64,000 bases of DNA from the NCBI RefSeq assembly GCF_046105845.1, contig NZ_CP151004.1; one strand, written 5' to 3'. The translations under genes and the position numbers were made by a program. Below are positions 48,489 through 64,000 of the stretch, piece after piece (within the stretch, counting starts at the first letter, position 1; every line of letters begins with the position of its first letter). The notes beneath the pieces were generated by a model. It had not been told where the DNA came from. It did not search any database and saw only the letters and a program-made list of their open reading frames with translations. Source of the stretch: Escherichia coli (GTDB lineage: Bacteria; Pseudomonadota; Gammaproteobacteria; Enterobacterales; Enterobacteriaceae).

Positions 48489-48964
48489 AACGACTCTCGT
48501 TAATTTTATTATCCGCTTTTTGCACCATAACGCATGCCGCACCGGAAGATATCACCTTCACGGGTACGCTGATCGAACCTCCGGTCTGCACCGTCAGCAA
48601 TGGTGATGATATTGAGATCCAGTTTATCGACGTCATTATCGACAATATTGACGGGGTTAATTACCGCAAAGATGTTCCGTACCAGATAACGTGTGACCCT
48701 GATATTACCGATGACGCCTGGGTAATGACGCTAACCTGGACCGGTACACAGACCAACTATAACGATGCGGCGATTCAGACGGATGTCACGGGATTAGGGA
48801 TTGAACTCCAGCAAAACGATCAGCCCTTTAAGCTGAATACCCCGCTTAACGTGACACCCGCCAACCTGCCGAAGTTGAAGGCCGCACCTGTAAAAGCTTC
48901 CGATGCCACGCTGACTGACGGTAACTTTTCCGCTTACGCCACATTGCAGGTGGATTATCAATGA
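48485..48964 (+). CDS. yfcQ: Minor fimbrial subunit YfcQ
   Basis: 159 aa, signal peptide, C-terminal LQVDYQ. ATGA overlap. Confidence 0.75.
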   Translation: MKRLSLILLSAFCTITHAAPEDITFTGTLIEPPVCTVSNGDDIEIQFIDVIIDNIDGVNYRKDVPYQITCDPDITDDAWVMTLTWTGTQTNYNDAAIQTDVTGLGIELQQNDQPFKLNTPLNVTPANLPKLKAAPVKASDATLTDGNFSAYATLQVDYQ

Positions 48965-49506
48965 ACAAACTGAAGAAATATCAATGTATCAGGGTGCAAA
49001 CCCTTCTGTTGGGCGGTGTGCTGGTGCTGGTGAGTCATTCAGCACTGGCAGCTAATAATTTGCATTTTTACGGCAACCTGATGAGCAAAACCTGTACTCC
49101 GGTGGAACAGGCTGGAACGTTGGCAGAGGTACAGTTTGCTGATATCAGCCACAAAGATTTGATGGTGCGCGGTCAGTCCGATCGTGTACCGGTGGTTTTT
49201 CGCCTGAAAGATTGCCATGGGCCAGCGCAGTACAGCGTAAAAGTTACTCTGACCGGAACAGAAGACAGTGGGCAACCGGGATTTCTGGCTCTGGATGATA
49301 CCTCCGGTGCACAGGGCGTAGGCATTGGTATGGAAACTACTGATGGTACTGCTGTTGCTATTAATAACACGACGGGAGTGACCTTTGTGCTGAATGATAG
49401 CAATAACAGTCTTAATTTCAGAGCATGGTTACAGGCAAAAGAGGGGCGTGATGTAACACCCGGTGATTTTACTGCCCAGTTAACCGCAACGTTTGAGTAC
49501 ATTTAA
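48961..49506 (+). CDS. yfcP: Minor fimbrial subunit YfcP
   Basis: 181 aa, signal peptide, C-terminal TATFEYI. Confidence 0.75.
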   Translation: MNKLKKYQCIRVQTLLLGGVLVLVSHSALAANNLHFYGNLMSKTCTPVEQAGTLAEVQFADISHKDLMVRGQSDRVPVVFRLKDCHGPAQYSVKVTLTGTEDSGQPGFLALDDTSGAQGVGIGMETTDGTAVAINNTTGVTFVLNDSNNSLNFRAWLQAKEGRDVTPGDFTAQLTATFEYI

Positions 49507-49507
49507 G

Positions 49508-50371
49508 ATGAAAATAATACGCTGGACTTTTGGCCTGCTAATGTTGTTCTTTTTCAGTTCAGCAGTACAGGCGAATACCATTGTTGCAACATTGTATACC
49601 CCCATTGGATATTCAACGCATACTACAAAAGTTGTTTATTATCTCGATGTTCTCACTCCTGACTCCGTCAACCACGGTAGCTATAAACCACCAGATAGTT
49701 ACGGGTTGATGACGGGATGGATGGAAAATATCAGTTGGACAGGACCGGGGACTGCACCATCATTAAAACTGATATCTATGACCAAGATCGGTAAATCATC
49801 ATGCTCCGGGCTTGACGAGTTTGATAGTCGTTCTGGTTATAGTGACTGGATTTGTTATGAAACGCGAATTGAAGTCTGGAAGGAAGACTCCAGCGTCCAT
49901 GGTTGCCCGTGGCTGGTTTCGACACATGCTGATAGCCGTCTACCTTTAGACCCTGGTCCAGGAACCTATTCCGGACCTACAGTCAGTAACTCTTCTTGTC
50001 CGGCTATACCGTTGGGGCCTTATGATGTCTCCTGGAATGAAAGTCGGGTTGTGCGTGATAAGGCGTTAAATCTCCAGTCTACCGGCGGGATAATTGAAAA
50101 AACGCTCTCCACCTATCTGATGAAAGACGGCAAAGTGTGTGACGGCAGCAAATTTGGCGATGCTGACGATCGTGGTGCTTATTGTCGTTGGGTGTCGCAG
50201 ATGCTCACCTTCACCTCATCGGGCTGTGACAATGCTAAAGTGACGGTAACACCGAATCGTCACCCCGTTACCGACAAAGAGCTTCACGATATGGTGCTTC
50301 GCGTGGATACCACCTCGCGGCAACCTATTGATTCTACCTGTCGATTCCAGTACGTGCTGAATATGCTGTAG
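49508..50371 (+). CDS. yfcO: YfcO (DUF2544; putative tip/adhesin component)
   Basis: 287 aa from MKIIRWTFGLLMLFFFSSAVQA (signal peptide), Cys-rich. Last gene of the operon. The symbol is positional. Confidence 0.65.
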   Translation: MKIIRWTFGLLMLFFFSSAVQANTIVATLYTPIGYSTHTTKVVYYLDVLTPDSVNHGSYKPPDSYGLMTGWMENISWTGPGTAPSLKLISMTKIGKSSCSGLDEFDSRSGYSDWICYETRIEVWKEDSSVHGCPWLVSTHADSRLPLDPGPGTYSGPTVSNSSCPAIPLGPYDVSWNESRVVRDKALNLQSTGGIIEKTLSTYLMKDGKVCDGSKFGDADDRGAYCRWVSQMLTFTSSGCDNAKVTVTPNRHPVTDKELHDMVLRVDTTSRQPIDSTCRFQYVLNML

Positions 50372-50390
50372 TAGTTCGTCGTTGTGCACT

Positions 50391-50429
50391 GATGCCTGAT
50401 GCGACGCTGAAGCGTCTTATCAGGCATTC
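50391..50429. repeat. REP element
   Basis: GATGCCTGATGCGACGCTGAAGCGTCTTATCAGGCATTC, the canonical REP dyad. It lies between the convergent genes yfcO and smrB. Confidence 0.85.
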
Positions 50430-50440
50430 GATGCCAGCAT

Positions 50441-50992
50441 TCACGGTAATTCCGGCGGCAACCACTCATCCACTTCAATCAACACCAGCAATGCCGCATC
50501 ACCACCGTACTCTTTTGGTGCCTGGTGAAATGCCATCACATGCGGATGTTGTGCCAGCCACAGCGGCGTTTGCTGCTTCAAAATATGCTTCCCATGACCA
50601 TGCATCACGCAGGCACAAAACACATGTTCGCGGCGACAGGCGGCAATCAATGCGCCTAATTCCTGCTTGGCTTGCAGCTGCGTCAAACCGTGCAAATCCA
50701 AAAACAGCTCCGGCGAATAATCGCCACGGCGCAGTTTCTTCGCCTCAAAATGGCTTACATCCGGGCGAACATATTTGACCGGACCTTCGGTATTTAATAA
50801 CGGCTGAAACTCATCGGAAAAATAATGGCTGGCATCGGCCTGCTCCTGAATCAACCGCTTCACCGGCACTTCGCTGATTTTCTTACGCTGCGGTCGGTGG
50901 ACAATCGTGTCCTGCTTAATCTTGCGAGTCCCCGCCATCAACTGGCGAAACAGAGCCTGGTCCTCCTCGCTAAGTGTTGTTTTCTTTTTCAT
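50441..50992 (-). CDS. smrB: Ribosome-rescue endonuclease SmrB (YfcN)
   Basis: 183 aa, Smr domain ([22 protein letters not shown]...HGHGKHILK). Confidence 0.9.
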
Positions 50993-51157
50993 TTATCTGT
51001 CTCTATTTCTAATTTTCCTACAGTTTACCCGACTCGTAGCGCAATCGATCGTTTTAAACGTATTTTTCCTCACTCACCGCGCGTGAATGCTGATTTATCG
51101 TCATCTTCATGGCAAACTAGCCGCCGAAATTATTGCGATCATGCCCTGGAGGAATAC

Positions 51158-52090
51158 GTGGATAAAATTTTCGTTGATGAAGCAGTAAATGAGCTGCAAA
51201 CCATTCAGGACATGTTGCGCTGGTCGGTGAGCCGCTTCAGCGCGGCGAATATCTGGTACGGCCACGGCACCGATAACCCGTGGGATGAAGCCGTGCAACT
51301 GGTGTTGCCTTCACTCTACCTGCCGCTGGATATCCCGGAAGATATGCGCACCGCGCGTCTGACCTCCAGCGAAAAACACCGTATTGTTGAACGCGTGATC
51401 CGCCGCGTCAATGAACGCATTCCGGTGGCCTACCTGACCAACAAAGCCTGGTTCTGCGGTCATGAATTTTACGTCGATGAACGTGTGCTGGTGCCGCGCT
51501 CGCCGATTGGTGAACTGATTAACAATAAATTTGCCGGACTCATCAGCAAGCAACCGCAGCACATTCTGGATATGTGCACCGGAAGCGGCTGCATTGCGAT
51601 TGCCTGTGCTTATGCTTTCCCGGAAGCGGAAGTCGACGCGGTAGATATCTCTCCCGACGCGCTGGCGGTTGCTGAACAGAACATCGAAGAACACGGTCTG
51701 ATCCACAACGTCATCCCGATTCGCTCCGATCTTTTCCGTGATTTGCCGAAAGTACAGTACGACCTGATCGTCACTAACCCGCCGTACGTCGATGCGGAAG
51801 ATATGTCCGACCTGCCAAATGAATACCGCCACGAGCCGGAACTGGGCCTGGCATCTGGCACCGACGGCCTGAAACTGACGCGTCGCATTCTCGGTAACGC
51901 GGCAGATTACCTCGCTGATGATGGCGTGCTGATTTGTGAAGTGGGCAACAGCATGGTACATCTTATGGAACAATATCCGGATGTTCCGTTCACCTGGCTG
52001 GAGTTTGATAACGGCGGCGATGGTGTGTTTATGCTCACCAAAGAGCAGCTTATTGCCGCACGAGAACATTTCGCGATTTATAAAGATTAA
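51158..52090 (+). CDS. prmB: Ribosomal protein uL3 glutamine methyltransferase PrmB
   Basis: 310 aa from the GTG at 51158 ([15 protein letters not shown]). NPPY motif. The ORF-track 5' extension is unsupported. Confidence 0.9.
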   Translation: MDKIFVDEAVNELQTIQDMLRWSVSRFSAANIWYGHGTDNPWDEAVQLVLPSLYLPLDIPEDMRTARLTSSEKHRIVERVIRRVNERIPVAYLTNKAWFCGHEFYVDERVLVPRSPIGELINNKFAGLISKQPQHILDMCTGSGCIAIACAYAFPEAEVDAVDISPDALAVAEQNIEEHGLIHNVIPIRSDLFRDLPKVQYDLIVTNPPYVDAEDMSDLPNEYRHEPELGLASGTDGLKLTRRILGNAADYLADDGVLICEVGNSMVHLMEQYPDVPFTWLEFDNGGDGVFMLTKEQLIAAREHFAIYKD

Positions 52091-52124
52091 GTAAACACGC
52101 AAACACAACAATAACGGAGCCGTG

Positions 52125-53210
52125 ATGGCTGGAAACACAATTGGACAACTCTTTCGCGTAACCACCTTCGGCGAATCGCACGGGCTGGCGCTCGGCTGCA
52201 TCGTCGATGGTGTTCCGCCAGGCATTCCGCTGACGGAAGCGGACCTGCAACATGACCTCGACCGTCGTCGCCCTGGGACATCGCGCTATACCACCCAGCG
52301 CCGCGAGCCGGATCAGGTCAAAATACTCTCCGGTGTTTTTGAAGGTGTTACTACCGGCACCAGCATTGGCTTGTTGATCGAAAATACCGACCAGCGTTCT
52401 CAGGATTACAGCGCCATTAAAGACGTTTTCCGTCCAGGCCATGCCGATTACACCTACGAACAAAAATACGGTCTGCGCGATTATCGCGGCGGCGGGCGCT
52501 CTTCCGCCCGCGAAACCGCCATGCGCGTGGCGGCAGGGGCGATTGCCAAAAAATATCTCGCTGAGAAATTTGGCATTGAGATTCGCGGTTGCCTGACCCA
52601 GATGGGCGACATTCCGCTGGAAATCAAAGACTGGTCGCAGGTCGAGCAAAATCCGTTCTTCTGCCCGGACCCCGACAAAATTGACGCGTTAGACGAGTTG
52701 ATGCGCGCGCTGAAAAAAGAGGGCGACTCCATCGGTGCGAAAGTCACCGTTGTTGCCAGTGGCGTCCCCGCCGGACTTGGCGAGCCGGTCTTTGACCGCC
52801 TGGATGCCGACATCGCCCATGCGCTGATGAGCATCAATGCGGTGAAAGGCGTGGAAATTGGCGACGGTTTTGACGTGGTGGCGCTGCGTGGCAGCCAGAA
52901 CCGCGACGAAATTACCAAAGACGGTTTCCAGAGCAACCATGCGGGCGGCATTCTTGGCGGCATCAGCAGTGGGCAGCAAATCATTGCCCATATGGCGCTG
53001 AAACCGACCTCCAGCATTACCGTGCCAGGGCGCACAATCAACCGCTTTGGCGAAGAAGTTGAGATGATCACCAAAGGCCGTCACGATCCTTGTGTCGGGA
53101 TCCGTGCGGTGCCGATCGCAGAAGCGATGCTGGCGATCGTTTTGATGGATCACCTGTTACGGCAACGGGCGCAAAATGCCGATGTGAAGACTGATATTCC
53201 ACGCTGGTAA
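52125..53210 (+). CDS. aroC: Chorismate synthase AroC
   Basis: 361 aa, [20 protein letters not shown]. Confidence 0.95.
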   Translation: MAGNTIGQLFRVTTFGESHGLALGCIVDGVPPGIPLTEADLQHDLDRRRPGTSRYTTQRREPDQVKILSGVFEGVTTGTSIGLLIENTDQRSQDYSAIKDVFRPGHADYTYEQKYGLRDYRGGGRSSARETAMRVAAGAIAKKYLAEKFGIEIRGCLTQMGDIPLEIKDWSQVEQNPFFCPDPDKIDALDELMRALKKEGDSIGAKVTVVASGVPAGLGEPVFDRLDADIAHALMSINAVKGVEIGDGFDVVALRGSQNRDEITKDGFQSNHAGGILGGISSGQQIIAHMALKPTSSITVPGRTINRFGEEVEMITKGRHDPCVGIRAVPIAEAMLAIVLMDHLLRQRAQNADVKTDIPRW

Positions 53211-53213
53211 AAA

Positions 53214-54038
53214 ATGAACAAAACCGCGATTGCGCTGCTGGCCCTGCTTGCCAGTAGCGCCAGCCTGGCAGCGACGCCGTGGCAAAAAATAACCCAACCT
53301 GTGCCGGGTAGCGCACAATCGATAGGCAGTTTTTCTAATGGTTGTATCGTCGGCGCTGACACGCTGCCGATACAGTCCGAACATTATCAGGTCATGCGTA
53401 CCGATCAGCGTCGCTATTTCGGACATCCGGATCTGGTGATGTTTATCCAGCGTCTGAGTAGCCAGGTGAGCAATCTGGGCTTAGGCACGGTGCTGATTGG
53501 CGATATGGGGATGCCTGCTGGTGGTCGTTTCAACGGCGGTCACGCCAGCCACCAGACCGGACTGGATGTGGACATCTTCCTGCAACTGCCAAAAACACGC
53601 TGGACCTCCGCGCAGCTCTTGCGCCCACAAGCGTTAGATTTAGTTTCCCGCGACGGTAAACACGTTGTTCCGACGCTGTGGAAGCCAGAAATTTTCAGCT
53701 TGATCAAACTCGCCGCCCAGGACAAAGACGTCACGCGCATTTTTGTTAATCCGGCGATTAAACAACAACTTTGCCTTGATGCGGGCACCGATCGCGACTG
53801 GTTGCGCAAAGTGCGACCCTGGTTCCAGCATCGCGCACATATGCATGTACGATTACGTTGTCCTGCCGATAGTCTGGAGTGTGAAGATCAACCTTTACCG
53901 CCACCGGGCGATGGTTGCGGGGCAGAACTGCAAAGCTGGTTTGAACCTCCAAAACCGGGAACAACAAAGCCTGAGAAGAAGACACCGCCTCCGTTGCCGC
54001 CTTCCTGCCAGGCGCTACTGGATGAGCACGTGATCTAA
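53214..54038 (+). CDS. mepA: Penicillin-insensitive murein endopeptidase MepA
   Basis: 274 aa, signal peptide. Synteny supports the call. Confidence 0.95.
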   Translation: MNKTAIALLALLASSASLAATPWQKITQPVPGSAQSIGSFSNGCIVGADTLPIQSEHYQVMRTDQRRYFGHPDLVMFIQRLSSQVSNLGLGTVLIGDMGMPAGGRFNGGHASHQTGLDVDIFLQLPKTRWTSAQLLRPQALDLVSRDGKHVVPTLWKPEIFSLIKLAAQDKDVTRIFVNPAIKQQLCLDAGTDRDWLRKVRPWFQHRAHMHVRLRCPADSLECEDQPLPPPGDGCGAELQSWFEPPKPGTTKPEKKTPPPLPPSCQALLDEHVI

Positions 54039-54847
54039 TGGAAACGTTTAATAGTCTGTTTATGGTTTCCCCGCTGTTGCTGGGAGTTCTCTTTTTTGTC
54101 GCCATGCTGGCGGGATTTATCGACTCGATTGCCGGTGGCGGTGGGTTACTCACTATTCCGGCATTGATGGCGGCGGGGATGTCTCCCGCTAACGCGCTGG
54201 CAACCAATAAACTGCAAGCCTGCGGCGGCTCTATTTCCGCCACTATCTACTTTATTCGCCGCAAAGTGGTTAGTTTAAGCGATCAGAAACTCAATATCGC
54301 CATGACCTTTGTCGGCTCAATGAGTGGCGCGCTGCTGGTGCAGTATGTTCAGGCTGATGTCTTACGGCAGATTTTGCCCATTCTGGTGATTTGTATCGGC
54401 CTCTATTTCTTGCTGATGCCAAAGCTGGGTGAAGAAGATCGCCAGCGCCGGATGTACGGACTACCTTTCGCGTTAATTGCCGGTGGCTGCGTCGGTTTTT
54501 ACGATGGATTCTTTGGCCCGGCTGCCGGATCGTTTTACGCGCTGGCCTTCGTTACGCTGTGCGGATTCAACCTCGCCAAAGCCACGGCTCATGCCAAATT
54601 ACTCAACGCAACGTCAAACATTGGCGGTCTGCTGCTGTTTATTCTCGGCGGCAAAGTGATTTGGGCGACGGGCTTTGTCATGCTGGTGGGGCAATTCCTC
54701 GGCGCGCGCATGGGTTCACGACTGGTGTTGAGCAAAGGACAAAAGCTGATCCGCCCGATGATCGTTATTGTCTCAGCGGTGATGAGTGCAAAATTACTTT
54801 ACGATAGCCACGGACAGGAGATCCTCCATTGGTTGGGGATGAACTAA
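54038..54847 (+). CDS. yfcA: TauE/SafE-family membrane protein YfcA
   Basis: 269 aa, polytopic. Synteny supports the call. Confidence 0.9.
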   Translation: METFNSLFMVSPLLLGVLFFVAMLAGFIDSIAGGGGLLTIPALMAAGMSPANALATNKLQACGGSISATIYFIRRKVVSLSDQKLNIAMTFVGSMSGALLVQYVQADVLRQILPILVICIGLYFLLMPKLGEEDRQRRMYGLPFALIAGGCVGFYDGFFGPAAGSFYALAFVTLCGFNLAKATAHAKLLNATSNIGGLLLFILGGKVIWATGFVMLVGQFLGARMGSRLVLSKGQKLIRPMIVIVSAVMSAKLLYDSHGQEILHWLGMN

Positions 54848-55395
54848 TGAACAGTACACACCACTATGAGCAGTTGATTGAGATTTTTAATAGCTGCTTT
54901 GCCGATGAATTTAATACCCGTCTGATTAAAGGCGACGACGAACCGATCTATCTTCCTGCTGATGCGGAAGTACCGTATAACCGAATCGTCTTTGCTCATG
55001 GCTTTTATGCCAGCGCAATTCATGAGATTTCGCACTGGTGTATTGCCGGGAAAGCGCGTCGTGAGCAGGTTGATTTCGGCTACTGGTATTGCCCGGACGG
55101 TCGCGATGCCCAGACGCAAAGCCAGTTTGAAGATGTTGAAGTGAAGCCGCAGGCGCTCGACTGGTTGTTCTGCGTGGCGGCGGGATATCCGTTTAACGTC
55201 AGTTGCGACAATCTGGAAGGGGATTTCGAACCGGATCGCGTGGTGTTTCAACGGCGGGTATATGCGCAGGTGATGGATTATCTGGAAAACGGCATTCCTG
55301 AACGCCCGGCACGCTTCATTAAAGCATTACAAAATTATTATCACACGCCGGAACTTACGGCGGAACAGTTCCCGTGGCCGGAAGCGCTCAACTAA
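54847..55395 (+). CDS. epmC: EF-P hydroxylase EpmC (YfcM)
   Basis: 182 aa from MNSTHHYEQLIEIFNSCF. Confidence 0.9.
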   Translation: MNSTHHYEQLIEIFNSCFADEFNTRLIKGDDEPIYLPADAEVPYNRIVFAHGFYASAIHEISHWCIAGKARREQVDFGYWYCPDGRDAQTQSQFEDVEVKPQALDWLFCVAAGYPFNVSCDNLEGDFEPDRVVFQRRVYAQVMDYLENGIPERPARFIKALQNYYHTPELTAEQFPWPEALN

Positions 55396-55428
55396 AGCCA
55401 GCGCCACGTTTTACAATGAGGAAAGAAG

Positions 55429-55707
55429 ATGATCGCGGAGTTTGAATCACGCATTCTGGCATTAATCGACGGTATGGTTGACCATGCCAGTGATGATGAG
55501 TTGTTTGCCAGTGGGTATTTGCGTGGCCACCTGACATTAGCCATCGCAGAACTGGAAAGTGGTGATGACCACTCCGCTCAGGCGGTGCATACGACCGTTA
55601 GCCAGAGTCTGGAAAAAGCCATTGGTGCCGGTGAATTGTCGCCGCGTGACCAGGCACTGGTGACCGATATGTGGGAAAACCTGTTTCAGCAGGCGTCACA
55701 GCAGTAA
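55429..55707 (+). CDS. yfcL: YfcL
   Basis: 92 aa. Synteny supports the call. Confidence 0.85.
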
Positions 55708-55713
55708 GTAATG

Positions 55714-55745
55714 TGCCGGATAAGGCGTTCACGCCATATCCGGCA
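55714..55745. repeat. REP element
   Basis: TGCCGGATAAGGCGTTCACGCCATATCCGGCA dyad, between the convergent genes yfcL and mnmC. Confidence 0.85.
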
Positions 55746-55762
55746 AGCAATGCCAGAGTAGA

Positions 55763-57835
<2,073 letters not shown>

Positions 57836-57844
57836 CTATTAATT

Positions 57845-57880
57845 GGCTGATCGGACTTGTTCGGCGTACAAGTGTACGCT
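57845..57880. promoter_or_regulatory. fabB promoter FadR activator site and FabR operator
   Basis: GGCTGATCGGACTTGTT (FadR-type, 57845-61), immediately followed by the dyad GCGTACA-AG-TGTACGC (FabR-type, 57865-79). Confidence 0.7.
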
Positions 57881-57927
57881 ATTGTGCATTCGAAACTTAC
57901 TCTATGTGCGACTTACAGAGGTATTGA

Positions 57928-59148
57928 ATGAAACGTGCAGTGATTACTGGCCTGGGCATTGTTTCCAGCATCGGTAATAACCAGCAGGAAGTCCTGGCAT
58001 CTCTGCGTGAAGGACGTTCAGGGATCACTTTCTCTCAGGAGCTGAAGGATTCCGGCATGCGTAGCCACGTCTGGGGCAACGTAAAACTGGATACCACTGG
58101 CCTCATTGACCGCAAAGTTGTGCGCTTTATGAGCGACGCATCCATTTATGCATTCCTTTCTATGGAGCAGGCAATTGCAGATGCTGGCCTCTCCCCGGAA
58201 GCTTACCAGAATAACCCGCGCGTTGGCCTGATTGCAGGTTCTGGCGGCGGTTCCCCGCGTTTCCAGGTCTTCGGCGCTGACGCAATGCGCGGCCCGCGCG
58301 GCCTGAAAGCGGTTGGCCCGTATGTGGTCACCAAAGCGATGGCATCTGGCGTTTCTGCCTGCCTCGCCACGCCGTTTAAAATTCACGGCGTTAACTACTC
58401 CATCAGCTCCGCGTGTGCGACTTCCGCACACTGTATCGGTAACGCAGTAGAGCAGATCCAACTGGGCAAACAGGACATAGTGTTTGCTGGCGGCGGCGAA
58501 GAGCTGTGCTGGGAAATGGCTTGCGAATTCGACGCGATGGGTGCGCTGTCTACCAAATACAACGACACCCCGGAAAAAGCCTCCCGTACTTATGACGCTC
58601 ACCGTGACGGTTTCGTTATCGCTGGCGGCGGCGGTATGGTGGTGGTCGAAGAACTGGAACACGCGTTGGCACGTGGTGCTCATATCTACGCTGAAATCGT
58701 TGGCTACGGCGCAACGTCTGATGGCGCAGACATGGTTGCTCCGTCTGGCGAAGGCGCAGTGCGTTGCATGAAGATGGCGATGCACGGTGTTGATACCCCA
58801 ATCGACTACCTGAACTCCCACGGTACTTCGACTCCGGTTGGCGACGTGAAAGAGCTGGCGGCTATCCGTGAAGTGTTCGGCGATAAGAGCCCGGCGATTT
58901 CTGCAACCAAAGCAATGACCGGTCACTCTCTGGGCGCTGCTGGCGTACAGGAAGCTATCTACTCTCTGCTGATGCTGGAACACGGCTTTATCGCCCCGAG
59001 CATCAACATTGAAGAGCTGGACGAACAGGCTGCGGGTCTGAACATCGTGACCGAAACGACCGATCGCGAACTGACCACCGTGATGTCTAACAGCTTCGGC
59101 TTCGGCGGCACCAACGCCACGCTGGTAATGCGTAAGCTGAAAGATTAA
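57928..59148 (+). CDS. fabB: 3-oxoacyl-ACP synthase I FabB
   Basis: 406 aa, [33 protein letters not shown]. Matches remembered K-12 FabB. Confidence 0.97.
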
Positions 59149-59166
59149 TTCGCAGTAAGTCGGAGT

Positions 59167-59200
59167 AGGTCGGATAAAACGCGCCAGCGTCGCATCCGAC
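59167..59200. repeat. REP element
   Basis: AGGTCGGATAAAACGCGCCAGCGTCGCATCCGAC dyad downstream of fabB. Confidence 0.75.
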
Positions 59201-59237
59201 GTTACGCGCTAATGCGGCCTCCGGCACTAACACAAAA

Positions 59238-59260
59238 GGGAACCCGATGGTTCCCTTTTT
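59238..59260 (+). terminator. fabB terminator
   Basis: GGGAACC-CGAT-GGTTCCC followed by TTTTT. Confidence 0.85.
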
Positions 59261-59419
59261 CACATCATTGACAATCGCCGCCTGTTCCAGGCAAACTTCC
59301 CGCTTTGTCGATTTCCTTCTGAAAAGACGTACGCGTTAATTCCTGCCAACGCACCGTAACCCTGAAACCAGAGAGATGAGACGGGGATACTCCTCGCCTT
59401 GCGCTGCATTCTGGAGTAA

Positions 59420-61593
<2,174 letters not shown>

Positions 61594-61691
61594 TACGTAT
61601 CCTTATACCTGAAATCTTCGCAAGTATGCCTGGCCGCGAGATTATGGCACACTTGTCCGGTTAACTCTCGTCTCATACAGGTAACACAAAC

Positions 61692-62828
61692 GTGAAAATC
61701 CTTGTTGATGAAAATATGCCTTATGCCCGCGACTTATTTAGCCGTTTGGGTGAGGTGACCGCGGTTCCCGGGCGTCCAATTCCCGTGGCTCAACTGGCAG
61801 ACGCGGATGCGATGATGGTGCGTTCGGTCACGAAAGTGAATGAATCTTTGCTGGCAGGAAAACCCATTAAATTTGTTGGCACTGCCACCGCGGGGACCGA
61901 CCATGTCGATGAAGCGTGGTTAAAGCAGGCGGGAATTGGTTTTTCCGCGGCACCAGGCTGTAATGCGATTGCGGTGGTGGAATATGTTTTCTCCTCACTG
62001 CTGATGCTTGCCGAACGCGATGGATTTTCACTGCACGACCGTACAGTGGGGATCGTGGGCGTTGGTAACGTTGGTCGCCGTTTACAGGCGCGACTGGAAG
62101 CGTTAGGGATTACAACCTTGCTTTGCGATCCGCCTCGCGCCGACCGTGGGGATGAGGGGGATTTCCGCTCGCTGGATGAATTAGTTCAGCATGCGGATAT
62201 TCTGACTTTCCATACGCCACTCTTCAAAGACGGGCCGTACAAAACGCTGCATCTGGCGGATGAAAAACTGATCCGTAGCCTGAAACCAGGAGCGATTCTG
62301 ATTAACGCCTGCCGTGGCGCAGTCGTCGATAATACTGCCCTATTGACCTGTCTGAACGAAGGCCAGAAGTTAAGCGTAGTGCTGGATGTCTGGGAAGGCG
62401 AACCGGAACTTAACGTGGAATTGCTGAAAAAAGTGGATATCGGCACGCCGCATATCGCAGGCTATACCCTGGAAGGTAAAGCACGCGGTACTACGCAAGT
62501 GTTTGAAGCCTATAGCAAGTTTATTGGGCATGAACAACACGTTGCGCTGGATACGTTGCTGCCCGCGCCAGAGTTTGGCCGCATTACGCTGCATGGTCCG
62601 CTCGATCAACCGACGCTGAAAAGGCTGGTGCATTTGGTGTATGATGTGCGCCGCGATGACGCACCGCTGCGTAAAGTCGCCGGAATACCGGGTGAGTTCG
62701 ATAAGCTGCGCAAAAACTATCTTGAGCGCCGTGAATGGTCATCTCTGTATGTGATTTGTGATGACGCCAGTGCGGCATCATTGCTGTGTAAACTGGGTTT
62801 TAACGCCGTTCATCATCCGGCACGTTAA
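61692..62828 (+). CDS. pdxB: Erythronate-4-phosphate dehydrogenase PdxB
   Basis: 378 aa, GTG start, [19 protein letters not shown]-binding motif GIVGVGNVG. Confidence 0.95.
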   Translation: MKILVDENMPYARDLFSRLGEVTAVPGRPIPVAQLADADAMMVRSVTKVNESLLAGKPIKFVGTATAGTDHVDEAWLKQAGIGFSAAPGCNAIAVVEYVFSSLLMLAERDGFSLHDRTVGIVGVGNVGRRLQARLEALGITTLLCDPPRADRGDEGDFRSLDELVQHADILTFHTPLFKDGPYKTLHLADEKLIRSLKPGAILINACRGAVVDNTALLTCLNEGQKLSVVLDVWEGEPELNVELLKKVDIGTPHIAGYTLEGKARGTTQVFEAYSKFIGHEQHVALDTLLPAPEFGRITLHGPLDQPTLKRLVHLVYDVRRDDAPLRKVAGIPGEFDKLRKNYLERREWSSLYVICDDASAASLLCKLGFNAVHHPAR

Positions 62829-62893
62829 TCTCTTCTTCATGCTCTCTGCTGTAATATTGGCAGGGAGCTTTGCTATTTCTGGAGTAAACCACC

Positions 62894-63907
62894 ATGTCTG
62901 AAGGCTGGAACATTGCCGTCCTGGGCGCAACTGGCGCTGTGGGCGAAGCCCTGCTTGAAACGCTGGCTGAACGTCAGTTCCCGGTTGGGGAAATTTATGC
63001 ACTGGCACGTAACGAAAGCGCAGGCGAACAACTGCGCTTTGGTGGTAAGACAATCACCGTGCAGGATGCTGCTGAATTCGACTGGACGCAGGCGCAGCTG
63101 GCATTTTTTGTCGCAGGCAAAGAAGCTACCGCAGCCTGGGTTGAAGAAGCGACCAACTCAGGTTGCCTGGTGATCGACAGCAGCGGATTGTTTGCTCTCG
63201 AACCCGACGTACCGCTGGTGGTGCCGGAAGTAAACCCGTTTGTACTGACCGATTACCGCAACCGGAATGTCATCGCCGTACCAGACAGTCTGACTAGTCA
63301 GCTGCTGGCGGCACTGAAACCGTTAATCGATCAGGGCGGTTTGTCGCGTATCAGCGTTACCAGCCTGATTTCAGCCTCCGCCCAGGGCAAAAAAGCGGTC
63401 GATGCGTTAGCGGGGCAGAGTGCGAAATTGCTCAACGGCATTCCGATTGATGAAGAAGATTTCTTCGGGCGTCAGCTGGCGTTCAACATGCTGCCGTTAC
63501 TGCCGGATAGCGAAGGTAGCGTGCGTGAAGAACGTCGTATCGTTGACGAAGTACGCAAAATCCTGCAGGACGAAGGGCTGATGATTTCGGCAAGCGTCGT
63601 CCAGGCACCGGTATTCTACGGTCATGCCCAGATGGTCAACTTTGAAGCTCTGCGTCCGCTGGCGGCAGAAGAAGCGCGTGATGCGTTTGCTCAGGGCGAA
63701 GATATTGTGCTCTCTGAAGAGAACGAATTCCCGACTCAGGTGGGGGATGCTTCTGGTACGCCGCATCTTTCCGTTGGCTGCGTGCGTAATGACTACGGTA
63801 TGCCGGAGCAAGTTCAGTTCTGGTCGGTGGCCGATAACGTTCGCTTTGGCGGCGCGCTGATGGCAGTAAAAATCGCCGAGAAACTGGTGCAGGAGTATCT
63901 GTACTAA
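62894..63907 (+). CDS. usg: USG-1 protein (aspartate-semialdehyde dehydrogenase paralogue)
   Basis: 337 aa, [17 protein letters not shown]. Synteny supports the call. Confidence 0.9.
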
Positions 63908-64000
63908 TGTCCGACCAGCAACAACCGCCAGTTTATAAAATTGCGCTGGGCATTGAGTACGACGGCAGTAAGTATTACGGCTGGCAACGGCAGAACGAAG
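63907..64000 (+). CDS. truA: tRNA pseudouridine synthase A, 5' fragment (runs off the window)
   Basis: The ATG overlaps the usg stop (TAATG). [31 protein letters not shown]. Confidence 0.9.

Noticed and set aside
50392-50778. 128-aa plus-strand ORF starting in the REP element and running antisense through smrB
   Set aside because: It begins inside a REP dyad, lies antisense to a conserved gene and has a His/Pro/Ala-rich nonsense composition.

Overview
E. coli-type chromosome segment in two parts. (A) Bases 1 to ~33,040 are the right-hand ~33 kb of a mosaic P22-like temperate prophage. Its P4-type integrase sits directly beside tRNA-Arg(CCU) argW, and the left end (attL, xis, ea genes) lies upstream of base 1. 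Modules recognised from the translated ORFs: a pL operon (ral, small ORFs, an N-family antiterminator with phi21-type nut sites); P22-type immC (c2, cro, c1); P22-type replication genes (18 with internal ori iterons, DnaB-like 12); a nin region (ninB, ninE, ninF, ybcO-like, rusA, ninH); lambda-type Q-PR'-S-R with a hybrid Rz/Rz1; an accessory block between lysis and terminase; an Sf6-type virion module (terS, terL, portal, scaffold, coat, 4, 10, needle, 14, three ejection proteins); a two-gene envelope cassette in the sieA slot; P22 immI (mnt, arc, sar, ant); a tailspike with a conserved head-binding domain and an unfamiliar receptor-binding part; an AT-rich acyltransferase-3 (Oac-like) gene; and int. 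(B) Bases 33,018-64,000 are conserved host genes in K-12 order b2348 to b2318, inverted: argW, yfdC, mlaA, yfdF-like, fadL, yfcZ, fadI, fadJ, sixA, yfcVUSRQPO fimbrial operon, smrB, prmB, aroC, mepA, yfcA, epmC, yfcL, mnmC, fabB, yfcJ, flk, pdxB, usg, truA (partial). No rRNA, CRISPR array, IS element or recognisable large defence system was seen. The best candidates for undescribed biology are small prophage accessory cassettes: the sieA-slot membrane/lipoprotein pair, a T5orf172/GIY-YIG-like gene, a reverse-strand two-gene unit abutting terS, and small ORFs replacing sieB. Also of interest are the tailspike/acyltransferase pair, a repeat-containing AT-rich yfdF-like gene, and a strongly diverged fadL allele. 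All homology statements come from reading the translations and from memory of reference proteins. No database search was run.
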